64,000 nt of DNA, taken from assembly GCF_004010195.1 (NCBI RefSeq), contig NC_057749.1, positions 26,210,591 to 26,274,590 on the forward strand. The letters are read 5' to 3'. The first letter of the stretch is position 1. The number at the start of each line of letters is the position of its first letter. Shown here in pieces: positions 37,741-52,308 of the stretch. The DNA comes from Chiloscyllium plagiosum. Its lineage: Eukaryota. The translations under genes and the position numbers were made by a program. A model generated the notes under the pieces. That model was not told where the DNA came from and searched no databases. It saw nothing but the letters and a program-made list of their open reading frames with translations.

Positions 37741-38509
37741 CATCAACAAACATGTTAACGTGGATCACATTTACCACCCCCTGAGAAAACGAAAAAGGAT
37801 ATCACCACAGGAAATGACATCACCAATCCAAGGAAACACAAACAAACAGAAAGTGGGCCATACCACCAGTGCATCATCCGGAGGCTCACTGATGTTACCT
37901 AGTATGGTAACGAAAACGTCTGTAAACGAACCTTCCAGCTCAGTGAGCAAACCTACATCCAGAACCTCAACCTGAGCTACAAATCTTCTCAAACATCGCT
38001 AGCTCAATAGTTTGCTACCTTCTGCAAACTGTATCGTTAACTCCAACAAAAACGATGCATCATCCAAATTTTCCCCACTAGGATTAAGTCCTGTACTTAG
38101 GAAATAAAAAATATTCTCTCCAGTTGTGTGAACATGTTTCAGGATGCATGTGTTGGTTAATATGAAAATAAAGAATATGTACTTTCTTTAAAAAACTCTG
38201 ATCAGAACTAACAGATTTGTTCATGACAATGAAGAAATTTCATTAATGAATTCATGGTGAAAGGAAAAAGACAGATGTCATTTAGATATCCAATTACTGC
38301 ATTTTATATCAGTGACAATTTAGAAAAAGAATGACCAACCAAATGGACAGCAACTAACAAACCACTGATCTTCATTTTCTTAGAAAAATAGAAGAATAGG
38401 TGATGAAAGCAGGGTTGAATATAAATTTGCTTTCATGAATTAGGTTAATAACTACAAAATATCTTTTTCTCCAAACCCATTTACATAAAATTGCAATGAT
38501 CTATATTGG

Positions 38510-39263
38510 ATGTTTAAAATTATTTCCCATCTATCTACTCCACACCCCTATCCGACCTATCACCTGCTCCCTCACCATCTACCTATCGCATGCTCAGCTA
38601 CTTTCCCTGCATGCAGGTCCTTGGCCTCCATCCCCAGACCATGGCAACACGACGCCTGGAGGAAGAGCAACTCATCTTCCGCCGAGGAACCCTCCAACCA
38701 CAAGGGATGAATGCAGATTTCTCCAGTTTCCTCATTTCCCCTCCCCCCCACCTTTTCTCAGTCCCAACCCTCAGACTCCGCACCGCCTTCTTGACCTGCA
38801 ATCTTGTTCCCGACCGCTCCACCCCCCCTCCAACCTATCACCCTCACCTTAACCTCCTTCCACCTATCGCATTCCCAACGCCCCTCCCCCAAGTCCCTCC
38901 TCCCTACCTTTTATCTTAGCCTGCTTGGCACACCCTCCTCATTCCTGAGGAAGGGCTTTTGCCCGAAACGTCGATTCTAATTCTCCTTTGATGCTGCCTG
39001 ACCTGCTGCACTTTTCCAGCAACACATTTTTAAGCCCTGATCCCCAGCACCTGCAGTCCTCACTTTCTCCGACCTTCCCTGCAATCCCACATCCCTCCCA
39101 TTTACCTCTCAGCCCCCCAGGCCCACAAGCCTCATTCCTGATGAAGGGCTTAGGCCAGAAACCTCTATTCTCCTGCTCCTCGGATGCTGCCTGACCTGCT
39201 GTGCTTTTCCAGCACCACACTCTTGACTCTCATCTGTAGCATCTGCAGTCCTCACTTTCTCCC
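38510..39263 (+). mobile_element. Penelope-like 3' end with two tandem terminal modules (~38936-39070, ~39130-39263)
   Basis: ATRRLEEEQLIFRRGTLQPQGMNADFSSFLIS; hammerhead cores at 38945 and (decayed) 39138. Confidence 0.8.
38942..38975 (+). ncRNA. Minimal hammerhead ribozyme motif
   Basis: CTGAGGA-a-GGGC-tttt-GCCC-GAAA-C-GTC. Confidence 0.65.
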
Positions 39264-40019
39264 TGTTTAAATTCTTGATACAATTTGCAAAGCAAATTTA
39301 TACAAATGGTTCAGTTAAAATGATCAAATACTGCATTTTATGGTCTGACAAAGTTAACATTACTATTGTGCCTGAACAACTTTTGATCAGTGTATTGTAA
39401 CTATTGTAAACAGTTGGTAAGCATTTTCTCTCAGATGCAGAGACTTTAAGGGAGACATTCTAAAACGTAACAAATCAATCCACTCAAGGCTCTTAAATAA
39501 CTAAGATGTGTAAATAGACAGAAACATAATAAAACCACGCAAGTTTACACCTTTTTGCCAACAGGAGAAAGTGAACATTTAATCTCATAACCTTCAATGC
39601 AAGTGAATCACTATTTAACAACTAGATTTCAATTCTGTTTTCTAAATTGAGGACTTTCCGAATAACATTAGACAATGGAATAAGACCAGTTTTGTTATCT
39701 GAATAATATTAATTTTTGTGCCTGATATATTTGGATCTTCAGAATATAACATGATAAACCTTCCAATGTAATCATTAGTTTATCAAAGAAACTTGCTAGT
39801 ATTTCTAATATTGTAGGAAGTTTAGGAGTTTGCTGGTCATTCAACAAGCTTCACTTGAGCTTCCAATACCAAACTATGACTAATTACATCTGTAGATTTG
39901 CAAGGACTATAATAGCTTTGCCCCAGTTTTAAAAACTGAGTGAACGTCAGAGGATACAAAAACTTTTCAATCAAACAAGTTACTTTAAAAATGAACTACG
40001 TAAAACTCAATACCAAAAT

Positions 40020-41455
40020 TCAATGCCTGGAGTCAGGGAGGGTGCCAGAGGACTGGAAAATGGCTAACGTGACATGCTGTTTAAAAAGGGAGTCAAAAGA
40101 CAGGAAGCTATAGACTGGTTAGCCTGACCTCAGCTGTTGGTAAGATTTGAGAGTCCATTTTTAAGGATGAGATTACAAGTACTTGGAAGAGCACGGTAAA
40201 ACAGGGCTGAGTAAACACTTCTGCGCCAAGGGGAGGTCATGTCTGACAAAATCTGTTGGAATTTTTTTGTGGGGGTGATAAGAAAGCTGGACAAAAGAGA
40301 GCTAGTGGATATAATCTATTTGGATTTTCAGAAGGCTTTTGATAAGGTGCCACACAGGAGGCTCTAAATAAGATGAATGCTCATGGTGTTAAACAGCAAG
40401 GTACTGGCATGGATAGAGGATTGGATGACTGGCAGAAAACAGGTAGGGATAAAGGTATCTTCTTCAGGATGGCAGCCTATGACTAGTATGGTTCTGTAAG
40501 GGTCCATTAAATATGGATCAAGGAACTAAATCGTTGCGAAGTTTACAAATGATACAAAAATAGATGGAGGGACAAGCAGTGTTAAGGAAGTGGTAAGGCT
40601 GTAGAAGGGCATCCATTGGCTAGGTGAATAGCCAAAGTAGTGACAGATGGAACACAATGTGGAAAAGAAAGATTATGCAGTTTGTTAGGAATAGTATGTA
40701 GACTATTTTCTAAACAGGGAAAGGCTTCAGAAGTCAGAAGCACAAAGGGACTTGGGAGTCCTAGTTCAGTATTCTCTGAATGTTAACACAGGTTCAGATG
40801 GCAGTTAGGAAGGCAAGTGCAACACTAGCATTCATTTTAGGACGGTGAGAATACAAGAGCAGAGATGTACTGCTGAGGCTGTAAAAGGCTCTGGTCAGAA
40901 CACATTTGAAATATTGTGAACAGCTTTGGGTCCTGTATCAAAGGAAGGATGTTCTTGTATTGGAGGGGGTCCAGAGGAAGTTTACAAGAATGATCCTGAG
41001 GATGAAGAGTTTGTGATATGAGGAGTGGTTGAAGACTCTGTACTTGGAGTTTAGAAGGAATGGTGAGGAGGGGGGGAGGGGGGGGGGGAAAGAGAGAAGA
41101 TAAATCTAATCGAAACCTCCAGAATGCCGAGGCCTGTACAGTCTTCACATAGGAGAGATTAGAAACTGAGGGCACACTCAGAATGAAAGGACAACCTTTA
41201 GAACCGAGAGAAGGAGGAATTTCTTCAACCAGAGGGTGGTTAATCTGTGGAACACATTATGGCAGAGGGCTGGGGTGGCCAAGTTATTGACTGTATTTAA
41301 GGCCGAGATAAAGAGGGTTCTTGATTGGCAAAGGGATCAAGGGTTATGGACAGAAAGCAAGAGAATGGTGTTGAGAAACAAATTAACAATGATTGAATGA
41401 TAGAGTCTGCGCTATGAGCTGAATGGCCTAATTCGGCTTCTGTATCTTGGTCTTA
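40020..41455 (+). mobile_element. Degenerate CR1 LINE (RT to 3' end)
   Basis: [37 protein letters not shown] motifs. Confidence 0.85.
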
Positions 41456-42112
41456 TTCAGTCCCAGATTATATAATTCAATCCTAAATTTCACTTCTTTC
41501 ATTCCCATTTTTCTATATTCAAAAGCTTGAACCAACTTGTCTCCTCCTGCCAAGTATTTTTACTGTACTTGATCCTCTTCCAAGTCTGCCACTAATTTCC
41601 TTTATTCACAAATTACTAAACCTAAAGTTCTTAAAATGGACATCCAAAAAGGGTTCATTCATTTTTTAGTTCAACTAATACTAATTTGTTTTTCACAGTA
41701 ATGCAGTTTGTTTTACCATAATCACAAAGCGACACAAAACAGTGAGACTGCACACAAACTGCAGATCTTTTGTCCAATTAACTGGACACTTCATTATTTT
41801 ATCCAAAATTGCAAAATATCCCCAACTATAGATTTCTCCAAAATTGAAGAGATTATGCAAGTAAATTCTCAAGATTCAAAACTTTATATTACATTATTAA
41901 AGCAAAAAATGAACTGATAAATAAAATAGGTCTGACAGTGATTTGAAATGCTCTGTGAATTTAGACAGACCTCCTATACCTTTCAAATTAACCCACTTAT
42001 TTACACAAAGTCGAGATTCAAATTCTGTTGGATAGTATTTCCTTGAACAAATTAAAATACTTTCCAAGGGATTAATATTTGATGCTACAAAGTATCAGCT
42101 TTAACCAAACAC

Positions 42113-43038
42113 CTAGGAGGTATGGTTTGCAAGTGTGCAGATGACACCAAAATTGGAAATGTAGAAGACAGTGAAGGTCACCTCAGAGTATAAAAGGATC
42201 TTAATCAGATGGGCCAAGGATTGGCAGATAGAGTTCAGTTTAGATAAATGCAAAGTCCTGCATTTTGGAAAGACTACTCAGGTCAGGACTTATACACTTA
42301 AATGGTAAGGTCCTGTGGAGTGTTGCTGAACAAAAAGACCTTGGAGTGCAGGTTCATAGTTCCTTGAAAGGGGAGTTACAGCAACATGGGATAGTGGAGG
42401 TGGAGTTTGGTATGCTTTCTTTTACTGGACAAAGCATCGAGTATAGGAGTTGGCTGGTCATATTGTGGCTGTATAGGACATTAGTTAGGTCACTTTTTGA
42501 GTTCAATTGGTATTCAGTTCTGGTTTCCCCACTATAGATGTTGTGAAACTTGAGTGGGTTCAGAGAAGATTGACAAGGATGTTGCCAGGGTTGGAGCTGT
42601 CGGGAGAGGCTGAATAGGCTGGGGCTATTTTCTCTGGAGCATTGGAGGCTGAGACTTGACCTTATAGAGGTTTATAAAATTTGAGGGGCATGGATAGGAT
42701 GAATAGCCAAGATCTGCTCCGTGGGGTGGGGAAAACTAGAGGGATTAAGTTTAAGTTTAAGGTGAGAGGGGAAAGATTTAAAAGTGACTAAGTAGCAACT
42801 TTGTCACACAGAGGGAGGGGCGTGTATGGAATAAGCTGCCAGAGGAAGTGGTGGAAGCTGGTACAATTGAAAGGTACAAAATTTAAAAGGCAGCTGGATG
42901 GCTATATGAATAGGAAGTGTTTGGAGGAATATGGGAAAAATGCTGGCAAATGGGACTAGACTAACTTAGGACATCTGGTCAGCATGGACAAGTTGGACTG
43001 AAAGGTCTGTTTCCATGCCTTCTCTGTGACTCTATGAC
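42113..43038 (+). mobile_element. CR1 LINE 3' part
   Basis: KCADDTKIG, AEQKDLGVQVHSSLK, LYRTLVRS; tail GACTCTATGAC. Confidence 0.85.
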
Positions 43039-44343
43039 CTAACAAGAGAAAACAAACAATTCAAGTAGAGCACATAACTAAAATATCGTATGATTTCGTT
43101 CATTAGCTACACAAGTAATTTTTAATCAAATCTTTTAATTTAATTGCCCCAAGGTAGATTTTCTATTTTTCTCCATGTCTTCTCACTGCCTTTTTATAGC
43201 AGGTCTCTTCAACGATTTCACTAATTACTACATTTAGCCTTTACTTTTGAGATTGTACCTTCATGGAGATGCATCCAAATTGCAAGTCAGACCAATATTC
43301 TGTGTTGACAGGAACAAAATAACAACCCATAATGACAATATTCACTTCAATGTCACGTTTTGCATTATTCACACAGTTGAACGAGACAATGAGCAAAGCT
43401 GCCTTCTATCCTGTATGTTTTGCTACTTAGCCATGCAAAGTATTATCAGACAGCATTCTCGGTGCAACAATACACCTGGTGCAATGCTCAAGAGTGTAAT
43501 GTTCTAAGTGAGATTTACAGTATTAATTAGCAAAATAGTCTGAATATTCCATGAAACAAAGCAATCAAATTTATTTGCCTCAATGAAAGCTTCGATTTTT
43601 GATATCTTAAGTACATTGCAATAATGACAGACACTTATATACCTTAATAAAAAGAAGTGGTGAAAAGAGCATTTAGAAGCATACAGGTGGATCAGTCACA
43701 TAAGTCAAAGTATTTAAATAGTGTCGTTAACTTGGAAAAACATCCCAACATGCTTTACAAGATCAAACAGAGGGAGAAGACATAACAGGCAGAAAAGGAA
43801 GTGGGTCTTAAATAACAAACCTAAACTCAGAAGCAAAAAAAAAGGCATCAAATTTCATCTAGTATGACCATATTTTCAAAACAACCTTGAAAACTGCCCT
43901 ATGAAATACCTGGATCAATTTTTCAAATTAGTTGAGACTGACTAGTGATCAGGATGCTTCATTTTTGAAAATCAGTATTCCAGACTGCAATACTTAATGG
44001 AATATAACTCTCAATCCATTCATATAAACAAATACATTGTGACAGTACATAGAATCTTCTTTATATTAAAGACTCATTCCTGAAAAAGGTTCAGAAAACT
44101 TAGTGTCCATTTTGTTTCCTGTTGAAAATCTAAAAATTATTGGTTAGTGAAATGACCCAAATTTGAATAGACATTGGGTAAAATTCAAAAAGGTAAAGTT
44201 AACTATAACATACTCACTAAATTGAAAATAAAATCTCAAGAAAGGAAGAACCTTTTAAAATTGTAAATGGATGATGTACTTTTGTCCTCTAATTAACCCA
44301 TTTAATACTAGAGACAGCAATGAAAAGTATTTAAAGCACACTA

Positions 44344-44688
<345 letters not shown>

Positions 44689-45290
44689 CTACAAGGGAGG
44701 ATGAGAAATGAAATTAAAGTTGACTAAATCGCTCTTTTTTTTAACATGGAGTTTTGCATTTTAAAGAATATCAGTTCCAGTAAATTGCAGAAAGAATTGA
44801 TTCTCATGTGTGTGGCTTGCAAACAATTCAGTACCACTGTGTGCTAGGAAAGCTCATCAACATTTATTACAATTAACTTATTGAAAAAGATGTGAAATGG
44901 AGGAGGAGAGTAGAAGAATAAAGAGAGGCCACATGTGTTTATCCAACAGGCAAAAAGGCCTCCTAGCCAATCACAATTGCTGGCTGCAGATCTTGAACCA
45001 ACGCTTTCCAGCCTCTGCCCTAAAGAACGTTTGCCTCTGTGAATCCTGAATTCTGGTTGGTTATGTGGCTGCACGCATTGTCTATATACTATCACTGATA
45101 AATGCCCATGTATATACTCAAAGGTTGAATGACTTCCTTCTGTGCCATAACACCTTCATGATTCTCTTAGAGATACCAAAGACCATTGGTCCCTTGTTTA
45201 TCCCATCTTAAAATGTTTTCACGCTGGTTTTCTGTAAAACTAAAATCAATCATTTGCCTGTTTTCAATTATGTGCTTATCCCTACATTGA

Positions 45291-45572
45291 GGCATCATGG
45301 TGGCACAAGATTGCCAACTGCTGCCTCAGTGCCAGGGACCTGGATTCGATTCTAGCCTCAGGTGACCGTGTGTGGAGTTTGCAGGTTAGGTCGATTAGTC
45401 ATGCTAAATTGCCCATAGTGTCCAGAAATGTGCAGGCAAGGTGTGGATTATCTATGGAAAAGACAGGTTATGGGTAGGGTTGGAGCCTGGGTGCAATGGT
45501 CTTCAGAGAATCAATGTGGACTGGATGGGCCAAATGGCCTGCTTCCACACACTATGGATTCTATAATTCTAT
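45291..45572 (+). mobile_element. Older, internally deleted HE1-like SINE
   Basis: GGCATCATGGTGGCACAAG..GGATTCGATTC..GTGTGGAGTTTGCA..(ATTCTAT) tail. Confidence 0.7.
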
Positions 45573-45899
45573 GATCTCTATTATTAAGCTCACCATCTGA
45601 ATGTTAAGTGATATGCACACAAAATTAAAGCACATTTTCTGAGTCATCCAACTAAACCCAAAGAGGACCTGTGACTGTTTCTATCCTTAGTCTATGTATG
45701 ACTTAACAAGATGCAGCAGTTTCTCCCCCACATACTGCAAAAGCATTCACTTTTACACATGCAAGCACTGCCTTCTCCCTCACTTTCCCAATATCTAACA
45801 GCACAGTATTCAACTTAAAAGTTTTATTATGACTTCTCTTAAAGAGAAATACAAGTAGTCCGATTACACTACCATTATCCAGTGAAGGTTTTGAATTCA

Positions 45900-46106
<207 letters not shown>

Positions 46107-49100
46107 TTAGGACATTTTTAACGGAAGAGGTTAGCATTAAAGGGAAATTTAAAGAAGGGAAGGAAACCAAGTAGAAGAAAAACTTAGCACCAACTAATGG
46201 TGCAATTTCACTGCCAACTTCTCACCACTCCCCTCAAAAAAACATCCGTTTGCAATCTTGTCACATTGTAAATTAAACATACATTTCAGTTGTTTATGTA
46301 ACTCAATCTCAGAAATATGACTTTTGCCTCCCAACTGGCCATCAGACTATGCAAGTTAAGCCAAGAGGCGATAGAAAATAGTTGAACACAACTTCGAATA
46401 TGCCACTCAGTAGGTAGCAAGAGAAATGTTATTTTCCATCTTTGGAAAACTGAACACAGCAACCTGTGGGCTTAACATCAGTTTACGTCTCCATCTTGAT
46501 ATATGGTACCTTTATTTCTCAGTTTTTCTAATGGTCCTCTATGGTCTGTTGCAGTGCTCCCTTCTACCCATCAGTAAAATTCGTTGTTACAAGAACAAAA
46601 TTTCTGATCAATGAATGATGAGCATTTTCCAGGTCAAGCACAGATCTGAACAGGACAGAATCACATGCAATGCCAAGACATACAAGGCTATGGGCCAAAT
46701 GCAGGGATTAGAATAATTAGATGGTTGTTTTTGACCAGCACAAATGTGATGGACCAATGAGCCTTTTCCTGTATAGATCTCCATGATTCTATATTAATTT
46801 GAAGTGACATAATTCAAATTATGTTAATTCAATTTGGTGTAGTTTTCCTTCAACTGCTTAATTTACCAATTTTTTTCTTTCCTTCCCATAAGGGAATAAG
46901 GCAAGCATTAACAGTAGGACCCTATTTTAAAAGTCAACAATTAAATGCTACTGTCATGGTTCAGCTTTATTTCTTGCACTAACTGTTCTCAGAACCAACT
47001 GTCAGCAACATTTAATTATGGTTTCTTCAATATTCCTCAAACAGCCAAGGGGATATCAATAAATTATGTGCTAAAATTCTGTGTGTTATTTACAACCTAC
47101 AGCATAGCAAGACAGAATACAATATTGCTCGTTTCTTGGGAGAGCTTACAGTTGCAAGTTTGTAAATAAGACAAATCTCAACTGATATCAGATTTCCTGC
47201 CAGATTGCGAGAAATCCCTAATACCCAGTCTAAAAGCCTCAAATCATAGGTGTGAAACATCCAAGCATAAAGACAGAGTCATGTGAACTGCAACATAATA
47301 CAGAATTGTTTAGAGCATGGACTCCCACACAGTCTGGTTTCAGAGGACCTGTTACTACCGTAACTATTGTTTAATTAGTACAGAGAACAACATACTGCTC
47401 AGTCTGCCTCAATACAACTTTATGTCAAGATTGTAGACATACACGTGTCAGACCTTCCCTCCCACCCCTTCAAAAATCATACTTCATACTTCCATGACCT
47501 GACAAATTTCTCAAAGGTTGCAAAAGCTTTTTCTCTCCATCAGCTCATCAAAAGCTATCGACCCCATTTTCATTTACATAAACATTAAATAATTAGGCCG
47601 CATGCTGTATATTCTGTGTCACATCCCACCTAGTACCTTTTTTTAATTTCATATGTTTATTTGATTTCCTTATGAAATGTACTATTCTATCAGACATTCT
47701 GGCGATGAAATTTTACCTGAGGTCCATATTGGATTTATGAATGACTTTCATGTTTATGGCTCCTAGTTTTAGACTCCCTAGCACATACAAGGTTAATTGC
47801 ATCATATTTGCATCTACCCTCTCAATGCTGAATGCAATCTTTGAGATTCAACTCCCATATTGTTATCAACCAGTCCTCAAATACCTTGCAGACTAGCATG
47901 TTCTCTTCAACTTTCTCCAAACTGGTTTTAAAATCTCTTCACGCCTTTTCCCCCACTCGACATTTGTGTCATCCTCCAGCCTTGCACCCCAGCCATCAAT
48001 GACAAACCCAACTATTGATTTGTTATCGCTCATGACCTCTGTTCCTGTGATGGCAGCCACGTCAATCAACTATGAAATCCTGAGTTTTGCTACACATGTA
48101 CTGCTTTCAGGAATTCAAATAATGTTTTCAAACATTTAACAGAAAAACCTCACTGCAACATTTCATTATAATTTATTACTAGCACTAACATGCATGAAGT
48201 TCCCAATTTCAAATAAATGCTACTCATCTATCGTTGTTAAAGTATCTTTGTGAATTTTATCTATTTTAGCAGTATTTGCACCACTGGGGGCAACAGCACC
48301 ATGTTGTATAAGCAGTAAAGATGGGCAACTGGAGAGTAAAATGGAGAAGGAGGAACGAAAGCAAATAACGATATAGCTTGTAGTATAGAAGCCAAAAGAA
48401 TAATAATGCAGCATTATTACAGAGAAAGGCCACATGATTCTTTGCTGCTTTAATGTAAAAATAATCTCACTGTCTCAACTTTGCCGGAGAGACCTACATC
48501 TGTGTCTGTCAATCATCTCGAAGATAAAACTCTCTCTTGCCTCAAATCAAATCACTGTTGAAGACTAATATGCTCCATGAGCCACAATTAAAGAAATTTC
48601 TCTTAACATCTGAGGAACAATGTTTAACGAGTAATGTTGTCACTGACTCTCTAATTTACTGCAGCATTCAATGGCGGAGGTACGCACAACTCCAGGTAAC
48701 GATTTTTAAAATGACTGCTTTTGGGATGTGTATAACACTGGAATATAATGGTCCTTAATCAGAGTTAATTTCATCAATGGAGTCGAACGTGACTAGTTAT
48801 CTTCCCTGAAGAGCATTAGCAAACTTGTCCAATAGCTTTCACAGCCTCTTTTCTCCCCCAGTATTGGCCCATATTCAATGAGCTGAGTTACAAACAGCTG
48901 TGATGGGATCTGAACACAATCACTGGTTTACTCGCACAATAATGATTAGACTGCAGTTATATCAGTTAATACATGGTGACATTGAATCAATGTTTGAGGG
49001 CTACTACATTTATGGAGGAAGAGGATATCACTAAATTATGAAGCAGTCATGAGCTAACATTTAACAAAAGCCATCAAATTAAAGATGCAATTTTTAAAGT

Positions 49101-50684
49101 GATATAATAATCACTAGATATGCAACTACAAACAGCAAAATTAATGTAAACCAGGACACCAGAATGAAACCAGCATGAAATATTCTTGAATTGATGGAAC
49201 ACCTCACTTTTGTTAAGCCAAATCACAAAAATTACTAGTTTTTAAATATTAAAAATAACCAAGCAGTGAACATGCCCTGTTCATCTATACATTTGCCCCA
49301 CTTACAGAGAGCCCTTGTCCCAATTAATATTTTCTTCCCCTGTGGTTTCGCTTGACAGAAAGGAGCATAGAAAATGTGCATCTCCCATCCTCCAGTCAAG
49401 GAGGGAGTATTTCAGAATCTGCAAGCCAGATGCGGCCCTTGCAAGCCTCTAGTGCAGCTTTTAAATGATTGAAATGCAAAGCACAAAAATGTATTCACTT
49501 TGCTTAAAAGACAAGAATAGAAACCTGTGTTTCACAATTTGACACAGTAGTGAATTACTTAAAGCAACACCAAAGGATTAAAATGGCATGTGCTATGTTC
49601 CTCATTCGTGCACGTCAGAAAGCGGATTCAACAGCTTAGCTATCCACATCATTATGCAATGGCCATCTGTCACTGAAGGCTTCCAAATACAAGCTACAAG
49701 CAAAGAATTCAAAGAGCATTCAAAAGTCGGTCTGGGCATGCTTGTTTCAAAGCTAAATTATTGCAGTTTTTAAACCCATGCATAGAAGAGTATCAATTTC
49801 TTGTTGTCAATGATGATGCCAATCAGTTAAGGTTTATAAATTTAAAAAAATATTACTTCTATGATCTTCCCCCCCTTACAGCAAGAACTGTCTCACAAAA
49901 TACCTATCATTAAATGTGCAGAAGCAGGCCATTTGACCTTCCTGGTCAATGTCCGTATTTATGCTCCAAATGAGGCTACTTTCACATTAATAAGTTCAGG
50001 TGAAGTAATGTAGTCTTCAAGTCTTTCCACTCAGATGGATCGAGCTTCCTTTGTAAATAGGAGGAAAATTCCAGTTTACTTTGGAGGCACTGAATTAATG
50101 CAAGATTTAGACATACGCATTATTATAAATCATTTGTATTGATTTGCCATCAATATCTTGTTTCATATTATTTATCTATTTCCTTGGCTCTCATCCATGT
50201 AAATGTAGATAGCTGAAGCAGAATTCACAGTAACTTGCCAAAAGCAAGCCCAGTCACACTGCAGTATGCAAATGACCAACCACACAGCATAAAGGAACCT
50301 GTTTGCTGAAAACCTGCGAGCTGTTTATTACACAAGATCACTTCCCAAAAATCACTAAATAGTTATTTCAGTATGCAAGTCAATTTTTGGGGGGGAAATG
50401 AAATCCTCGAAATATTTTTGATCAAGTTCTTGCTTCACGTTCAATTTCATAAAGTTAAAACATTGCTTCCAAATAGATGAAGGGATGAAAAAGGAAGGTG
50501 TGGAGGTAAGTTAAGCTTCACCCATAGATCAAATTTAACTAGGTCCAACATTTACAGAAATTCCAAATGAGGGGTATAAACAGTGGAAATCAATCATGCA
50601 TCTTAATATAGACAGGTGCAACATGATCGACTTGGGTTTCATGTACAATATGTAAGATTCTGTTCTCAAGAAAGTTGAACAAAA

Positions 50685-50831
50685 GAAAAACAAAGAACTG
50701 CGGATGCTGTAAATCAAACAAAACATGAAGTTGCTGGAAAAGCTCAGCAGTGAACAGGGATCAGAATTAACGTTTTGGGTGCGGTGACCCTTCCTCAGTT
50801 CTAAGCTTTTCCAGCAACTTCTGTTTTTGCT
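50685..50831 (-). mobile_element. Decayed PLE-terminal module of another family, with hammerhead-like core and short inverted arm
   Basis: Minus CTGAGGA-a-GGGTCACCGCACCC-AAAA-C-GTT at ~50798-50768; GAAGTTGCTGGAAAAGCT / AGCTTTTCCAGCAACTTC inverted repeat. Confidence 0.55.
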
Positions 50832-52036
50832 TTGTGCATGGGAAATAATGTCTCACTAACTTGATTGAGGTTTTTGAAGTAGCAACGAAGAGGAATGATA
50901 AGGGCAGAGCAGTGGATGTGATCTGTATGGACTTCAGTGATGCATTCAACAAAGTTCCTCATGGTTAGCAAGGTTAGAGCACATGGAATACAGGGAGAAC
51001 TAGCTCGAAGAGACATGACAGAGGGTGGTGGTGGAGGGTTGCTTTTCAGACTGGAGGCCTGTGATCAGCGGTATGCCACAAGGATTGGTGCTGGGTCCAC
51101 TGCTTTTCACCATTTATATAAAATGATTGGGATGTGAATATAGGAGGTATAGTAAGTTTGCAGATGACAAAAATTGGAGATGCATTGGACAGTGAAGAAG
51201 ATTACCTCAGAGTACAATGGAATCTTGATCTGGCTGAGGAGTGGCAGATGGAATTTAATTTAGATAAATGTGAAGTGCACATTTTGAAAAGGCAAATCAG
51301 AGCAGGACTTGTACACTTAACGTTAAAAGGTCCTGGGGAGTGTTGCTGAAAAAAAGAGACCCTGGAGTACAGATTCATAGTTCCTGGAAAGTGGAGTTGC
51401 AGGTACGTAGGATAGCGAAGGCGGCATTTGGTACGGCTTTCTTTCATTGGTCAGAGAATAGAGTATAGGAGCTGGAAGGTCATGTTGCAGCTGTTCAGGA
51501 CATTGGTTAGGATACTTTTGGAATACCGTGTGAAATTCTGGTCTCCCTTCTACTGGAAGGATGTTGTGAAACTTGAAAGGGTTCAGCAAAGATTTACAAA
51601 GATGTTGCCAGATTGGAGGACTTGAGCTATAGGGAGAGGGTGAATAGGCTGGGGCAGTTTTCTAAGTCGAGGGGTGACCTTATAGAGGTGTACAAGGTCA
51701 TGAGGGGCATGGATAGGGCAAATAAACAAGGTCTCCCTGTGATGGGGGAGTCCAAAACTAGAGACCCTGGATTTAGGATGAAGGGGGAAAAATTTAAAAG
51801 GGACCTGAGGGGCAACGTTTTCATGCAGAGGGTGGTGTATGTATGGAAAGAGCTGCCAGAGGAAGTGGTGGAGGCTAGTACAATTACAACATTTAAAAGG
51901 CATCTGTATGGGTACAGGAATAGAAAAGGTTTAAAGAGTACCGGCAAATGGAACTAGATTTATTTAGGATATCTCGTCGGCATAGACGAGCTGGACCTAA
52001 GGGTCTGGTCCCGTGCTGTACAGCTCTATGACTCTA
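50832..52036 (+). mobile_element. CR1 LINE RT to 3' end, frameshifted
   Basis: CLTNLIEVFE..AVDVICMDFSDAF, QFNLDKCEV-like, KFWSPFYWKDVVKLERVQQRFTKMLP; tail CTCTATGACTCTA. Confidence 0.9.
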
Positions 52037-52213
52037 GGAGTTGTAGGACTGGAAGAGGGAGAGATCGGGGAGAGCAAGGCCACAAAAGGAACTTGATAGC
52101 AAGGATGTGAATATACAACTAAGACATTGGTGGACTGGAAGCCAGTGGATTGTTAATTAGTACAGAGATAATGTGAGAGCATGTAGTTATTCCTACAAGA
52201 TTATATGGCTTAC

Positions 52214-52308
52214 CTTTGATTTCAATGGAGGCATTGGCTGAAGGCGAGTTTTCAAACATGAAGACGCAGTGATACTCTCCAGAACTCTCAGTTTTAGGTT
52301 TGTTTATC
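52214..52308 (-). CDS. NPTN: Neuroplastin exon: Ig domain C-half
   Basis: (K)INKPKTESSGEYHCVFMFENSPSANASIEIK; TTCAG| acceptor, G|GTAAGC donor; 95 nt. Confidence 0.95.

Larger units (their letters stand above)
37085..37998. mobile_element. Penelope-like fragments: minus RT piece (37085-37380) then plus 3' end (37384-37998) with decayed hammerhead ~37889-37921
   Basis: HFTFNNKIY..MGSPISGFLAEAVMQR..(Y/C)VDDTFVI; FLEVWHSNQNAINKHV.VDHIYHPLRK. Confidence 0.8.
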
